64,000 bases of DNA from Schmidtea polychroa (Eukaryota). This document shows positions 14,013 to 26,923 of the stretch, piece after piece. Location of the stretch: contig CM097885.1 in NCBI GenBank assembly GCA_044892525.1, forward strand, positions 234,920,001 through 234,984,000. The letters run 5' to 3'. The position numbers and the translations under genes were made by a program. Position 1 is the first letter of the stretch. Every line of letters begins with the position of its first letter. Below the pieces are notes generated by a model. The model ran no database searches, was not told the DNA's origin, and saw only the letters and a list, made by a program, of their open reading frames with translations.

Positions 14013-15090
14013 TAAAGATAAATAGTTAAAATTTCTTTGAATTTAATAATAAAAAAAATATCAGCAGTTGTTAGTTAAATATCGTTTATAGTTAACTAAA
14101 CAATTATTGTTAATAAGCAACTAGAATATTCTAAATTTTTCTAAAATACTTTGATAGTATTTTTAAATAAGTAATTAAAGATTAAACAGATTTGTTCATA
14201 GAAAAATATAACTAATATTATTAGTTGCTAGTAAATTATCATTAATAGGTAACTAAACAACTATTTTTAATAAGCAACTAGAATATTCTAGAATGTTTAT
14301 GGTAATATTTTTTAAATATGTAATAAAAAGTATTTTAAAAAATGACTAAAAAAATTTATAAAACACTGGTGCTCTTTTCTAATGGGAAGTGGGTATATGG
14401 GTGATAATCGCTAGGAGTCGACTCTCTTCTATAAATTAAAACAACATGCCAGCTACCTTTAGATGGGTTCACCATACATAGATATTTAAATATTACTATT
14501 GCAAGTGTTTAATGAAAATATTTAATACATCACCCCTCCCTCAATGAGACTTAAGTAAAATGAATGATTTATTTCATTAATATAAGTGATTTGTTATTGA
14601 AATAGATCAAATTTATGGGAAACTTTATTATATACCGTATATCGTTGGATATAAGTCGATAAACTTAAAATAAAATTTTACTTCAAAAACGGCTTTCCGA
14701 TTTATAGCCTGATCACAAACCATTAGGGTTGAAAATAGTAAAGTTAATTATTTCCTAAATCGTAATTTCCAATCATAACGATAACCTGCCTGTTTTTTAT
14801 TATATATAATTATAGGCAGAAGATGCAGATGACTCTTTCTTATGGATTTTGATTTGTTTGATGAGCTTTGCTTTTAACTTTTATTTATTTATTTATTAAT
14901 GTTGATTAAGACAGTAGCTTTTTTTAGAATAAAAAACAAAACCGGAACTTGACATTTGTTTACTTTTTAAAACTGTATAAATTAAATTTATTAATCTAAA
15001 AAATACAAAATATTTAAAACAGCTATAAATAATTTTCATTTCCGACTTACATGTGAATCTTCCATTTTAGTCACCACCTTATGTACAAAT

Positions 15091-16805
15091 TAAGGCATCC
15101 AATCCCGGGATCCCGTGATTAAGATTGTCAGAATACCGGAAATCGGTACCAATTTTAATTCATTTTATTTGCATAATGCGTAGCCAATTCGGTTTCATCC
15201 CCTGAGTTATTTTTAGATTATTCTTCTTTTGCTCAGTTTCCGTATATTACATAACATGCGCACTAGAAAATCAACTACTACTATTCGGACCATGGTCATG
15301 AAGTATGGCCGAATGATTCAACAAAAATACAAGCTTGAATTACTTAGCTTGCATTCTCGGAAGAAATTCACTATCAGCTTTGACGAATGGATTTCATTCA
15401 AGAACCGTCGATATTTGAATCTAAATGTGCACATTCAAAATAAATTTTGAAATTTAAAACTGGTTCGATTGCGTGGATCTTTGCCGGCAGAAAGCTGCAT
15501 GAAACTTATTGAAGAAAAGCTGGAGTTTTTCAGATTAAATTTACACGAAGATATTGTATGCACCGTGATGGATGGTGCCACTGTAATGGTAAAAGTGGGT
15601 AAATTGCTTTCTTGCGAGCAATAAATATGTTTAGTACATTTGCATACATTTGGCGGTTGTGGATTTCCTTTACAAAATACCGGTTTCTATCTCAATTGAT
15701 GATAACGATGACAGCGATTCAGACAACAAAGGTGAATATGACGGATTTCAAATTGTTTGCAAAGAAGATGAGTCAGAACTTACGGATGATGAGCTTTATG
15801 TATTCATCGGTAGAGTAAGCTATTTCGTGGATCTCCGACAATAAACGACATTCTCCGGAAATACATTATAACAGAAATCGGAAAACAAATTCTGATAATG
15901 ATTGATGTAAAGATACGATGGAATAGCCTTCTTTCTGCTCCGGAAAGTTTATATAAAGTTAAAAACTGCATTTTAAAATCGTTGATTGATCAAGGTTCAA
16001 GTATTTCATTTGAAGAAGAACTGAATATTATTCAAAATTTGGTAACAACACTTGAACCAGTAAAGTTAACTGTGGAAGCACTTTGTCGCCGTGACGCAAT
16101 ACTGTTGTTAGCTGACACAACCATTTCATTCATGATAAATAATTTGAGCAACAGTGACTTAGCCGTTCGGCTGAAGAAAACACTTTCACGTTGATTGAAT
16201 CAACGGCGAACGAAAGTTTAAAGTTTGCTTCAATATCTGCAAAAAGTCAACCAAAATTATGCTGAATTGGAATTGGATCCTCTCCTAAATTTTGAACGTC
16301 TAAACAAAGTGAAGATTGTTTCTATGGTTACTGGTCGGACAAAGCCACTTGATCGCAATAAGTCATTTGAATCCGAATCGGACAGTGAGGCAGCTGAAGG
16401 AAAAGTCGAATCGCAGTTGTCCATGCAAGAGAAGCTCACCAGAGCCATCGATAAAGAAATGAATTCCAAAATAATTTCCAAATCACGAACAGCGAAAGAT
16501 GTAGCAAACATTGTGAAAAAAGAATTGACCATTTTCGAAGTTGATGGAGCTAACCTTGAGAGTGGTTACGAAAATTTGAATTCAATACCACCTACAAGCG
16601 TAGAATCAGAACGAGTGTTTTCAGGAATCATATAATCTTTAAGTGATGTTTTATTAATGGATTAAAAAATGTGCGGTTTTTTAAATTTTGGGTATAAATT
16701 TTGAAATTTCGCTCAGTCCCGGTGCTGGCATCGGGATCCCGGGACCAAAAAAATTCAGTATCGAAATCCCAGTTCTGGAAAAATGGTCCGGTGCTGGATG
16801 CCTTA
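15091..16805 (+). mobile_element. hAT DNA transposon (decayed, internally deleted)
   Basis: TIR TAAGGCATCCA/TGGATGCCTTA and perfect 8-bp TSD GTACAAAT at 15083-15090 and 16806-16813. Confidence 0.92.
15229..16635 (+). pseudogene. hAT transposase pseudogene
   Basis: SFDEW, MDGATVM, RWNS and IPPTSVESERVFS motifs spread over broken frames. Confidence 0.88.
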
Positions 16806-17718
16806 GTACAAATTTAGAGTTCCGACTTATACCCGACAATATACGGTAATATAAATTAAATATAAATTCTTATTTATTTCTCTAGGAAAATTTATAATAA
16901 ATTAAATTCTCCTTCAGAAATGGATCGAATTCAGGTATAAGAAAGATGCAACCACCTTCTGAAAGTTAAGCTTTACTAAATCCACTTAAGTTTAAACTTA
17001 TAATATTGAAATTTGAAGAAAAAAAAATAAAAATGATAAATATTTGAAAAATAGCTAATATATAAATCTTAAAAATAATCCAATCAAATCAAAAATATAT
17101 TTTGATTTGCCAATTATTTCCCGGCTGCACAATCTCATTAATCGGGACTTATTATCAAAATTTCCTTAATAAATGGATATAGTATAAAGATTTTTTCTGA
17201 ATATTTCAATTGCAATGGCATTTAATAGGGGAAAACATTTTTCCTGGAAAAAATGTATTAACCTATATTATTTAAAAATATTTTTTTTCTGGTTAAAGCT
17301 TTCTAAAAAACAACTAAAATTAATTTTGTAGAACTGTTTTTCATTAAATATATTATTTTTGATGCTGTAAAATTTACAATTAATAAAACTTTTAATGGTT
17401 ATATTGACTCACAAACAATCAAGATTTAATTTAAATTTTCGGTAGCACCTACAAATTTCTTTTGATAAATATAATTATTAATAATTAAATACAAAATATC
17501 TCAAAATAAAATAATTCGAAACAATGACTTTGGATTTGTAGATTGGCAAACTCAACTAAAATGTCGATAAATTAGAAACATCTTTCGGGCGACGCTCTAG
17601 TGTATGTCGCCCAAAATTTTAAATTAATTTAAAATTAAATTAATATATTTAAATGAAATATAACTTAAACATCAATTTTAATAACTACATTTTACTAATT
17701 TAAATATCTAAAAAGTTT

Positions 17719-17720
<2 letters not shown>

Positions 17721-17791
<71 letters not shown>
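17721..17791. repeat. (AAT)n microsatellite
   Basis: Direct reading. Confidence 0.95.
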
Positions 17792-18190
17792 TCTGAAATT
17801 TTAAAGAAATATTAAATTTATAATTATTTTATAAATATATCTTACGAAGTTTTATCGTCATTTGTCCGAGAGTTGTCCGAATCTAGCTCAAAATGTAATA
17901 ATGCATGTACAATGAAAATTCATCCGCGATAAACTCAATACTTAATCCCCGAGGCAAATATCCCAAATTTCTTTACAGACGAAAATGGGAATCCACAAAA
18001 ATGGCTAGAATTTGCCACTAGAATTAACACTGTTGTCATTTTCAGAATATATTATTTAGAAACAAAACACTTTTTTGAATTTGTAAATCTTTATTTTTGT
18101 ATCATATTTAAACAAAGCTTAAATAATTAGATTAGTTCAAATACCCATAGTATTTATAATAATTATTTTATTGATTTGGCTACATAGCCC

Positions 18191-18772
18191 TCAGCCGAGA
18201 TCATGGTGTGATCTATTAGATTCTTGGAGATGGGCTTCTTTGAGTTTGTCTACCGATACTCGTAAAGTCCTCGTTGGTAATTGAATTTCAAATGTTTTAA
18301 AATCTGAACTTCGGCTAATTACCCTATATGATCCGTCATATACAGGCTTGAGGACGGTTCTTGATTCGGCTTTGAGCCACATGTGAGTAGATTCCTTCAA
18401 CTCGCTCGGTAGGAATGGTTTCCAATTTTGATTTCTTTTCCTTCTGATTATGATATCACCAGGTAGCCGTCCATCAGTTCCAAAAACACTTTGGCTTGGT
18501 GATACATTTGTTTCTTCAGAAATGAAATTGCGAAGTCTAAGTAGAATTGACGGAAGTTCATATGCCAAACTTCTGGAGGCATCATCTAAGTGTGCCATTG
18601 TTGCTGCTTTCAAAGTTCTATAGAACCTTTCAACTTTGCCATTACATTGTGGATGATATGATGTGGTGTGTCTGTGATCAACATTGAATTTTTGACACAT
18701 CTCTCTGAATGTAGCCGAGATAAATTGCTTTCCATTGTCTGTGCATGTCTTTAGAATCAGGAGTACATGCAT
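18191..18772 (-). pseudogene. Gypsy integrase C-terminal fragment
   Basis: TDNGKQF...TTSYHPQCNGKVERFYRTLK core, degenerate GPY/F module (YDGSYRV), VSVDKLK; N-terminus missing. Confidence 0.88.
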
Positions 18773-18829
18773 TCGCTGGGATGACGCTGATATCCGCTCC
18801 AGAATCCACGAGGAAATTGTGTGTTCTGT

Positions 18830-19759
<930 letters not shown>

Positions 19760-19829
19760 TGGTGAATATAATATTCATATATGTTATAGGTCGGAAGGAA
19801 TTAACATGGTTATTTAAGTCTTTATTCAC

Positions 19830-20308
19830 TTTCTCAACTTTCTAATTGTGCTTTTAATTTCTTCTGACGTCTTTAGATCTTGCATTTCTATTTCCTTTTT
19901 AACTTTTTTCTATCGAGCCTCATTCATGATCGGCATTTTTAATTTCTTCTTCGTTTCACTCATATCGTAGTAATCTTTTGGTTAATTTCTCTACTTTTTC
20001 GATAAAGCGGTCTGACTCGAATCTTTGTTCATAATTTAGAGCTTCCATTAAGTCTTCGAATAATGATTTTGGCCTCGAAAATGCTGATCTGAGCTTCTTT
20101 TCGAATGTTTTTCCTTCTGCTTTTTCATATTCATCGTATAATGGTTTATCCAACAGTGTGGTAACCAGAATCATCTGCATTTTGACAGATGTTTTCGTAA
20201 TATAAAAATTTTTTTGCATTCTTTGATGAACTCTTCCAGGTCGTCGTCTCTGTGGAATCTTTCTGGTAGCAACCTGCTAATCAATAGTTTTGTTGGCGTG
20301 GTCGCCAT
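19830..20308 (-). pseudogene. Frameshifted gypsy gag-like fragment
   Basis: LLPERFHRDDDLEEFIKEC..F capsid-like start, continuing in a second frame (19956-20219). Confidence 0.55.
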
Positions 20309-20643
20309 GTTAGCAACAACAACATCAAACTCATTTCGGTAACCATTAATAAAATTACTTAATAAAATTACCAAAATAAAACACTTAACTAAAACTTATT
20401 CTATTCACAAAACTGCGCTTTTATCGTAATATATAAACAAATATCTTCCAGGCTTTTCTTTCAATTTTGATGTTGATTTCAATGCTGCTTTAATTTATTA
20501 ATTAAGTAATAATATATATTTTAAGCTTACTTTAATTTATTAATTTAAATGTTTATATAAAAATTTATGTAATTTGATAAATATAATTTAAATGTTTATT
20601 AGCAATTTTCCGTTTTAACTTAAATGTGAATTCTACCCTTTCA

Positions 20644-20784
<141 letters not shown>

Positions 20785-22186
20785 ATTATGATGATGGTTA
20801 TTATTAATTCGATTTTTTAATATTTCAGTAAAATTAGTTCATGTGAAAATTATATAACAATAGGAATAATGAGAAACAGTAAATAATATATTCTAAACAA
20901 TCTGCCAAATTTCATTTTCCTAAAGTCCAAGTATACCAAAAATATTGAGATTTTTTCCGATCTGACATCCAAACATTCTTTATAACATCAAGATTTCCTT
21001 CATATATTTTTGTAACAAGTTTACTGTTTGCCTCACAAATTAATTTGAAGTGACCTTCCTAAAATATTTCATTTAGCTTTACATTTCATTTTACCAATTT
21101 ATTACTTACCAAGCTTGCATCATCTGATTGACATAGACAGAATTGGCCATTTTCCCCAACCCAAATGAAACATCTGGGATCATTCAAGCTTTTAATGTCA
21201 GATTTATCACTAGTCAAACTAAGTCCTCGGTTGAATCTAGATTTACAGAAATACATTTGAGAGGCCAAATGCTTTATTTTGCAATTCATCCAATTTGGGC
21301 TTTGTTCATTGTAAAAATACGTAATGAAAACATTTGAAGAATCATGAATCGGGTCATATTTCCCTATTTCAACAGACTTATTAGAATTGACAAAAATGTA
21401 ATCTTTCGTTTGACAATTGAATAATTTATTTGTGCTCATTGAAACAACTGAAATAATTTTATTAACTGAAATTACCATCAATCAGATTAGCTTATATAGA
21501 GCATAAGTGGAATTATTTACTACCGAAAATAAATATTTATATGATTAATATGAAGTAATTATAATTAAATTTCTAATTTAATAACAATAATCTAAATTTG
21601 TTAACTAATTACAAAGCTGTCTCAATAATTATGATAAAATACTTCAAGTATATTTATACATTTATTATTCAACCAATAGTTTATAATTAATATTAATTTG
21701 GTGGAATTTTATTTTGGCAGTGAAATTATTCCTATCAAATCATTGAGATTTTGTTTTAATTTGTCAATTATTTGTTTTTATTATCAAATTTATATTAATT
21801 ACCTGAAAAGGACATCCCTGTTTTAATAAAAATAATGTCACAATAACCATTCGTTTTTAACCAAAAGGTCAAAGCCATTAATCCTAGAGCCTATATACCT
21901 TCAACTCCCCCAACAAACTTCGTTTTAGCCCAACAATTATAATAAATAGAGTTAATAGAAAATATTCCTGTGAAGCAATTTATACTTTCGAAGATTAAAT
22001 CCATCATGGCGACAAAGTGCAAAAATAAAGTAATCAAATTCGTCATATATAGCATTAAAAAGGAAGTAATTCATAAATATCATATGGTATAAATTTACTT
22101 ATAAAAATACCATATCTAATAAATATAGAGAAGTAAAATTAAATTAATACTTTAATAAACACGGTAAAGACTTTATTAATAAAAAC

Positions 22187-22469
22187 CGCCATTCGTACAT
22201 CTTTTTCACTATATATTTCGATAGCATCACTATCATCATCAGGTTACCTACACTCACTAGGGATGAATAACTATAAAATATTGCTAATTTATAAACAATT
22301 TATAAAATTTATTTAAAACTGTTATTTATAATTTAAAAATTTATAGATTTTATAATTTGTTTATAAATTATCAATATTGTATAGTTGATTCATCCCTAGT
22401 GAATGTAGGTAACCTGATGATGATAGTGATGCTATCGAAATATATAGTGAAAAAGATGTACGAATGGCG
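22187..22469. repeat. Long near-perfect palindrome (arms ~125 bp)
   Basis: CGCCATTCGTACATC...GGTTACCTACA and its reverse complement ending ...GATGTACGAATGGCG, with a short AT-rich spacer. Confidence 0.92.
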
Positions 22470-23651
22470 ATTAAAATTAAATTGGTTTTATATTATTAAT
22501 TAAATCAATAAGCTATATGAGTGCAGCATCATTTTATACACTTAATTGCAACCATTTTTTGAAAATCGTTACTAAAATTAGTAAGTACAAAAATCGTCGA
22601 AAATGCAAGTTTAATATTACTATTACATCCGGTTTCACAGGATAACAACTCATAAAATAAAATAAATTCAATAAATTTTATAATATAATCAGCGTGACTA
22701 TTCGATTCTGATCCTGTGGGACTGTATAAGATTCTAACTCTATGTCCTAAACAAAGGTATGTCACGGAAAATATTCCGGAATTAGAGATCGTATATTATC
22801 AATATAAATTTTGTTAATATGTTATATTTTTCACATACATATCGATTTTCAGAGCTTTATTGAGCTTTATATTGACAACATTGAAGACCAACATTATTTT
22901 AAAAATTTCAGCGAAAATCATATTTCTTGTACTAATAAAAATGTTGGAATTTGCAATCAGTTTGCGGAGCACGAATGTGGCTACAGAAAGAATTTTTTAA
23001 ATTATAAATAATATGGGGACAGTAGATAAATCGCAATTGAATATTATTACTTTGAAGACAATGGCTTCATCCAAATATCTATAATACAACACACTAAGGG
23101 TTTACTCTCTCAAATCGAGTTCGGTTGTAAAGTATAATATAAAGTACTTTACACAAAAAAACATCCAAATACAAAATAAATTAAAACACGAACAAGAAGT
23201 ATTGTACGAAACCTTCTCTGATACAACCAAAAACACATACCAACAATAAAGAAAGTCGAATTAAGGCCAAAAGTAGAAATAAAAAAGGAAATTAAACAAA
23301 TTTCACTAAAATCGTGGTGAAAAGTAATTTAAAGACAGAATTGTGCCAAAATTTGAATAAAAACCTAGAACAACCCATCAAAATGGTGAAATCCATCATG
23401 GCCACCAAACGACCAAAAAAATAAGACAAATAAGGAAATAAGACAAATTTTAATTAATAGACCTTTTTGCTGTAAAATTACATACTTAAATTTCCTCATC
23501 CAAATATCTATAATACAACACACTAAGGGTTTACTCTCAAATTGAGTTCGGCTGAAGGAAGTAAACGAATAATATGTATCGACTCAATCTCATTACAATA
23601 TTGTAAGCATTGACACGATAATAATAATTACTAATCGGTATGCCTCATCGA

Positions 23652-23892
23652 TGACTCATCAACGTCATTCTACTTTAAGTAACAAAGACATCTATTTTAG
23701 TAACATTTTGGATCCGATGACTCATCGTGGTCATTCAAGGGCGTATGACTCATCGATGACTCAGCCCCTTTCCCTTTTTAACAGAGACATTTAAACAAAA
23801 ACATTGACTCATCGTTTAAAGAAGGTGGGATGGTACTTTTTTGCACTACCCCCTGTATGACTCATCCTTTTTAGAACAGAGACAATGACTCA
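23652..23892 (+). promoter_or_regulatory. Cluster of seven TGACTCA (AP-1/TRE consensus) sites
   Basis: Exact TGACTCA at 23652, 23718, 23746, 23757, 23805, 23858 and 23886; function is inferred. Confidence 0.6.
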
Positions 23893-23976
23893 TCACTCGA
23901 CTCATCATCCATTTTTTAAAACAAAGACTTTTTTTGGCCAACCAAAAATTATTGTATCCGATAAAATGTTGCTACA

Positions 23977-24026
<50 letters not shown>

Positions 24027-25339
24027 TACCCATTTCTTCATAAAATTTGGTTTCATATTTCATAAATTGATTTCATAAATTGGTTTCATAAAAATTGGTT
24101 TCATAAAAAAATTTAAAAATTAAATCATAAAAAATTTAAATCATTAATAATTTACAAAAATAATCAGCACCGGCGCTAGAGTTTCAGATGATGTGTGAAA
24201 ATTGCATATTACCGCCTTCGCATTCCATAATAAGAGTAAAAAAAAACGATAAATGCATACATAACAAAACAATATAACTTTATTACTTTTAATTTAATTC
24301 ATATTTATTATAAAAACATAAAAATCTTATGAAAATAACAAATTTCTGTACAATTTTGCCTCCTTTTGTATTTTTCCGCCGTGGCGCCTGCGTGAAAATC
24401 ACGCATCGTAACCGCCTCACACAGGGCCTGAAAATAATAATTACCTCTCGATCATTTGAAAAATGAATCACAAAGCATCGAATATATGTAACATCTATCC
24501 AATCAGAATACCGATTGGATAGAAAATATAAAAAATATATGCTTTGTTATCTAAATATAACTCATCGATGAGTCATTGTTACTAAGTGACATGTCTTTAT
24601 GTGAGTAATAAAATTAATAATATTTATGCCAATAATAATAATTATAATAGTAATAATATATCAAACAAAAGGTAATTTAAAGACAAATCAAAACATTTAT
24701 TAAACAATAAAATAATTTAAAATTAACAATGGCAATCTAAATATTGATGTACTCATATTTGCTGCCATCTTGTTTGAAATTGGTAACGTTGAATTGTTTT
24801 TCAAATTTTCTATCGATTCTTTTATTGTTCGAATTTTGAATATTATTAAATCAATATTTCATAACAAATGATCATGTTTCTTATCAATAATTTTTATATT
24901 CTTTTTATTTTATTGAAATCATCAATATGATCAAGTAATTTAAATTTTATATTTTGTATATATTCAAATGATACTTCATAGCAGTTTTCTAAATTCTCCA
25001 ATCTTTCGAGTATTCTTTTTCTTGGATGCTTTGCCCATTTTGGTTTGTCAATAATATATAAAATATCCATCAACTTGGCAGTATTTGGACAAACACATAC
25101 TGATTTATTAAAAGACTCCACCGTTATTGGTGTTTTGTGTGCGCACACACTTATTATACACCTCATTATACACTCATCATATACCTTCACAATCGTCAAC
25201 TCCACATTTCCCAATATTATCAATTACATGATATATACAATTGGTATGTTCATCATTTTCTTTATCAATTTCTTGAATGTTTTCTCCATCATTTTTCTCC
25301 TTCAATTTCTACATCATTTTCTTGAGTATCAATTTATTG

Positions 25340-25735
25340 AGTATCATTCAGTTTATGCAAGCATTGGATGATATAGCTACAGACATAGTTTATCCCTGGT
25401 ATAAAATTAATGGATCAAAGGAAATGATGGAACTCACTTGGGAACAGCAGGAAGAATTTACAAACCAAACTCATTGTTACCTTTGTAAAAAGATTATCAT
25501 TAAACCTGTTCGAAATCGTGATCATTTTACTGGTCAATATTGGTTAGAAGAATCAATTCGTCTTAACCTGTTGTACCAGATTGGAATTTAAATGTTATTC
25601 CTCAATCAACAGAAAGGTTTCTCACACTTACAGCGACATTGAAAGGCAGAAGAATTTATTGAGTATCATTCAGTTTATGCAAGCATTGGATGATATAGCT
25701 ACAGACATAGTTTATCCCTGGTATAAAATTAATGG
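25340..25735 (+). repeat. Duplicated copies of the Polinton right flank (pPolB pseudogene piece)
   Basis: 25340-25655 = 41083-41398 and 25662-25735 = 41083-41156. Confidence 0.92.
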
Positions 25736-26663
25736 TGTGGTTATATACCAAACCAAAACAGCCCCCCAACAAAAACATGCCTCCAAATCACTTAAGCTAT
25801 TAGAAAAACAACCTAAAACTTATACTTTTATAGTATTTTAACCCTATATTTTGAAAACAACCACCCTTAATGACTCTAACTGTTTTAATCTTTAAAGCCT
25901 CAAACTCAAAAGCTTCAAACTAAAAAGAGAATAGAAAAGAAAATTGCATTATGAAAAAGTTTTGATCTTTATCAGATTATTGATTTTAAATTATATAAAT
26001 TAAAAAATAAATGAAAAATAGTAAAACTGCTCTGAGGGGACAGTGGTATTTTTTTTAATTTTTTTTTTCACTGTCCCCTCAACAGTTTTTTCGATCCGGA
26101 TCATTTCAACCTCTTTCGTTTATCGAATCTCTTCCAATATACAAGCTGGCCAGACTCATACATCAGGATCAATCCGATAATAGCAGCACGCCTTATTATT
26201 CGCTTCTCGCTCACGAAGTCGATTTCAACGGCGTTTTAAGCGTGCTGCTCGAAAGTACAAATGAATTCGAAAGCGAATCCGAAAGAGGTCCGAAAACAAC
26301 TGAGAAATAAATGTGCACATTACCGGGATCGATCCGGGGGTGTTCGAAAGACAGGTGGCGATAATTACCGGTTCGCCACCATCACCCGTTTCAATAATTT
26401 TTTTTTCATATTTATGTTTAAAAAATAAAATAAAATAAAATAAATAAAATAAAATAAAATAAAATAAAATAAAATAAAAATAAATAAAATAAAATATAAA
26501 TCTAAGATACCCACACTATTTTCAATATTATTTTCAAATTTTTAATATTATTTTATGTTGAAAAAAAAACTAACCTCAGATGTGATTTGAACCGCTATCC
26601 ATTTGAACCACGGTGCCGGTCTAGCCCACTGCGCTATCTAGGATTGGATTTTTGTCATTTTTT
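25735..26663 (+). repeat. Polinton left TIR (terminal AGTA missing; inner ~230 bp tandemly duplicated to ~26885)
   Basis: Reverse complement of 40095-41078, with one non-matching patch near 25957-26010. Confidence 0.9.
26561..26643 (-). ncRNA. tRNA-like Pol III unit in left TIR
   Basis: A box TAGCGCAGTGG, B box GGTTCAAATC, T9 terminator at tRNA-like spacing. Confidence 0.5.
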
Positions 26664-26773
26664 AAATTTTTAATTAATAAAAAAATAAAATAAAATAAAA
26701 TAAATAAAATAAAATATACAAGTACTTTATAAATATAAGATACCCACACTATTTTCAATATTATTTTATGTTG

Positions 26774-26856
26774 AAAAAAAAACTAACCTCAGATGTGATT
26801 TGAACCGCTAGCATTTTGAACCACTGTGTCAGTCTAGCCCACTGCGCCATCAAGGT
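26774..26856 (-). ncRNA. Second tRNA-like Pol III unit (tandem duplicate)
   Basis: A box TGGCGCAGTGG, B box GGTTCAAATC, T9 terminator. Confidence 0.5.
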
Positions 26857-26923
26857 TTGGATTTTTTGTCATTTTTTAAATTTTTATTATAAAAAATGAA
26901 TAATATAAATCTTAAAAAATAAA

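Larger units (their letters stand above)
14635..16846. mobile_element. Tc1/mariner-pogo-type non-autonomous element, interrupted by a hAT insertion
   Basis: TA|CCGTATAT..G..G.TATAAGTCG ... CGACTTATACCCGACAATATACGG|TA: imperfect TIR plus TA duplication. Confidence 0.7.

Noticed and set aside
21086..21481. 131-aa Cys-containing minus-strand ORF
   Set aside because: Non-ATG start and no recognisable domain; it could be an exon but cannot be supported.
23640..23905. CRISPR-like array
   Set aside because: Repeats are only 7-11 bp with irregular spacing, the context is eukaryotic, and there are no cas genes.
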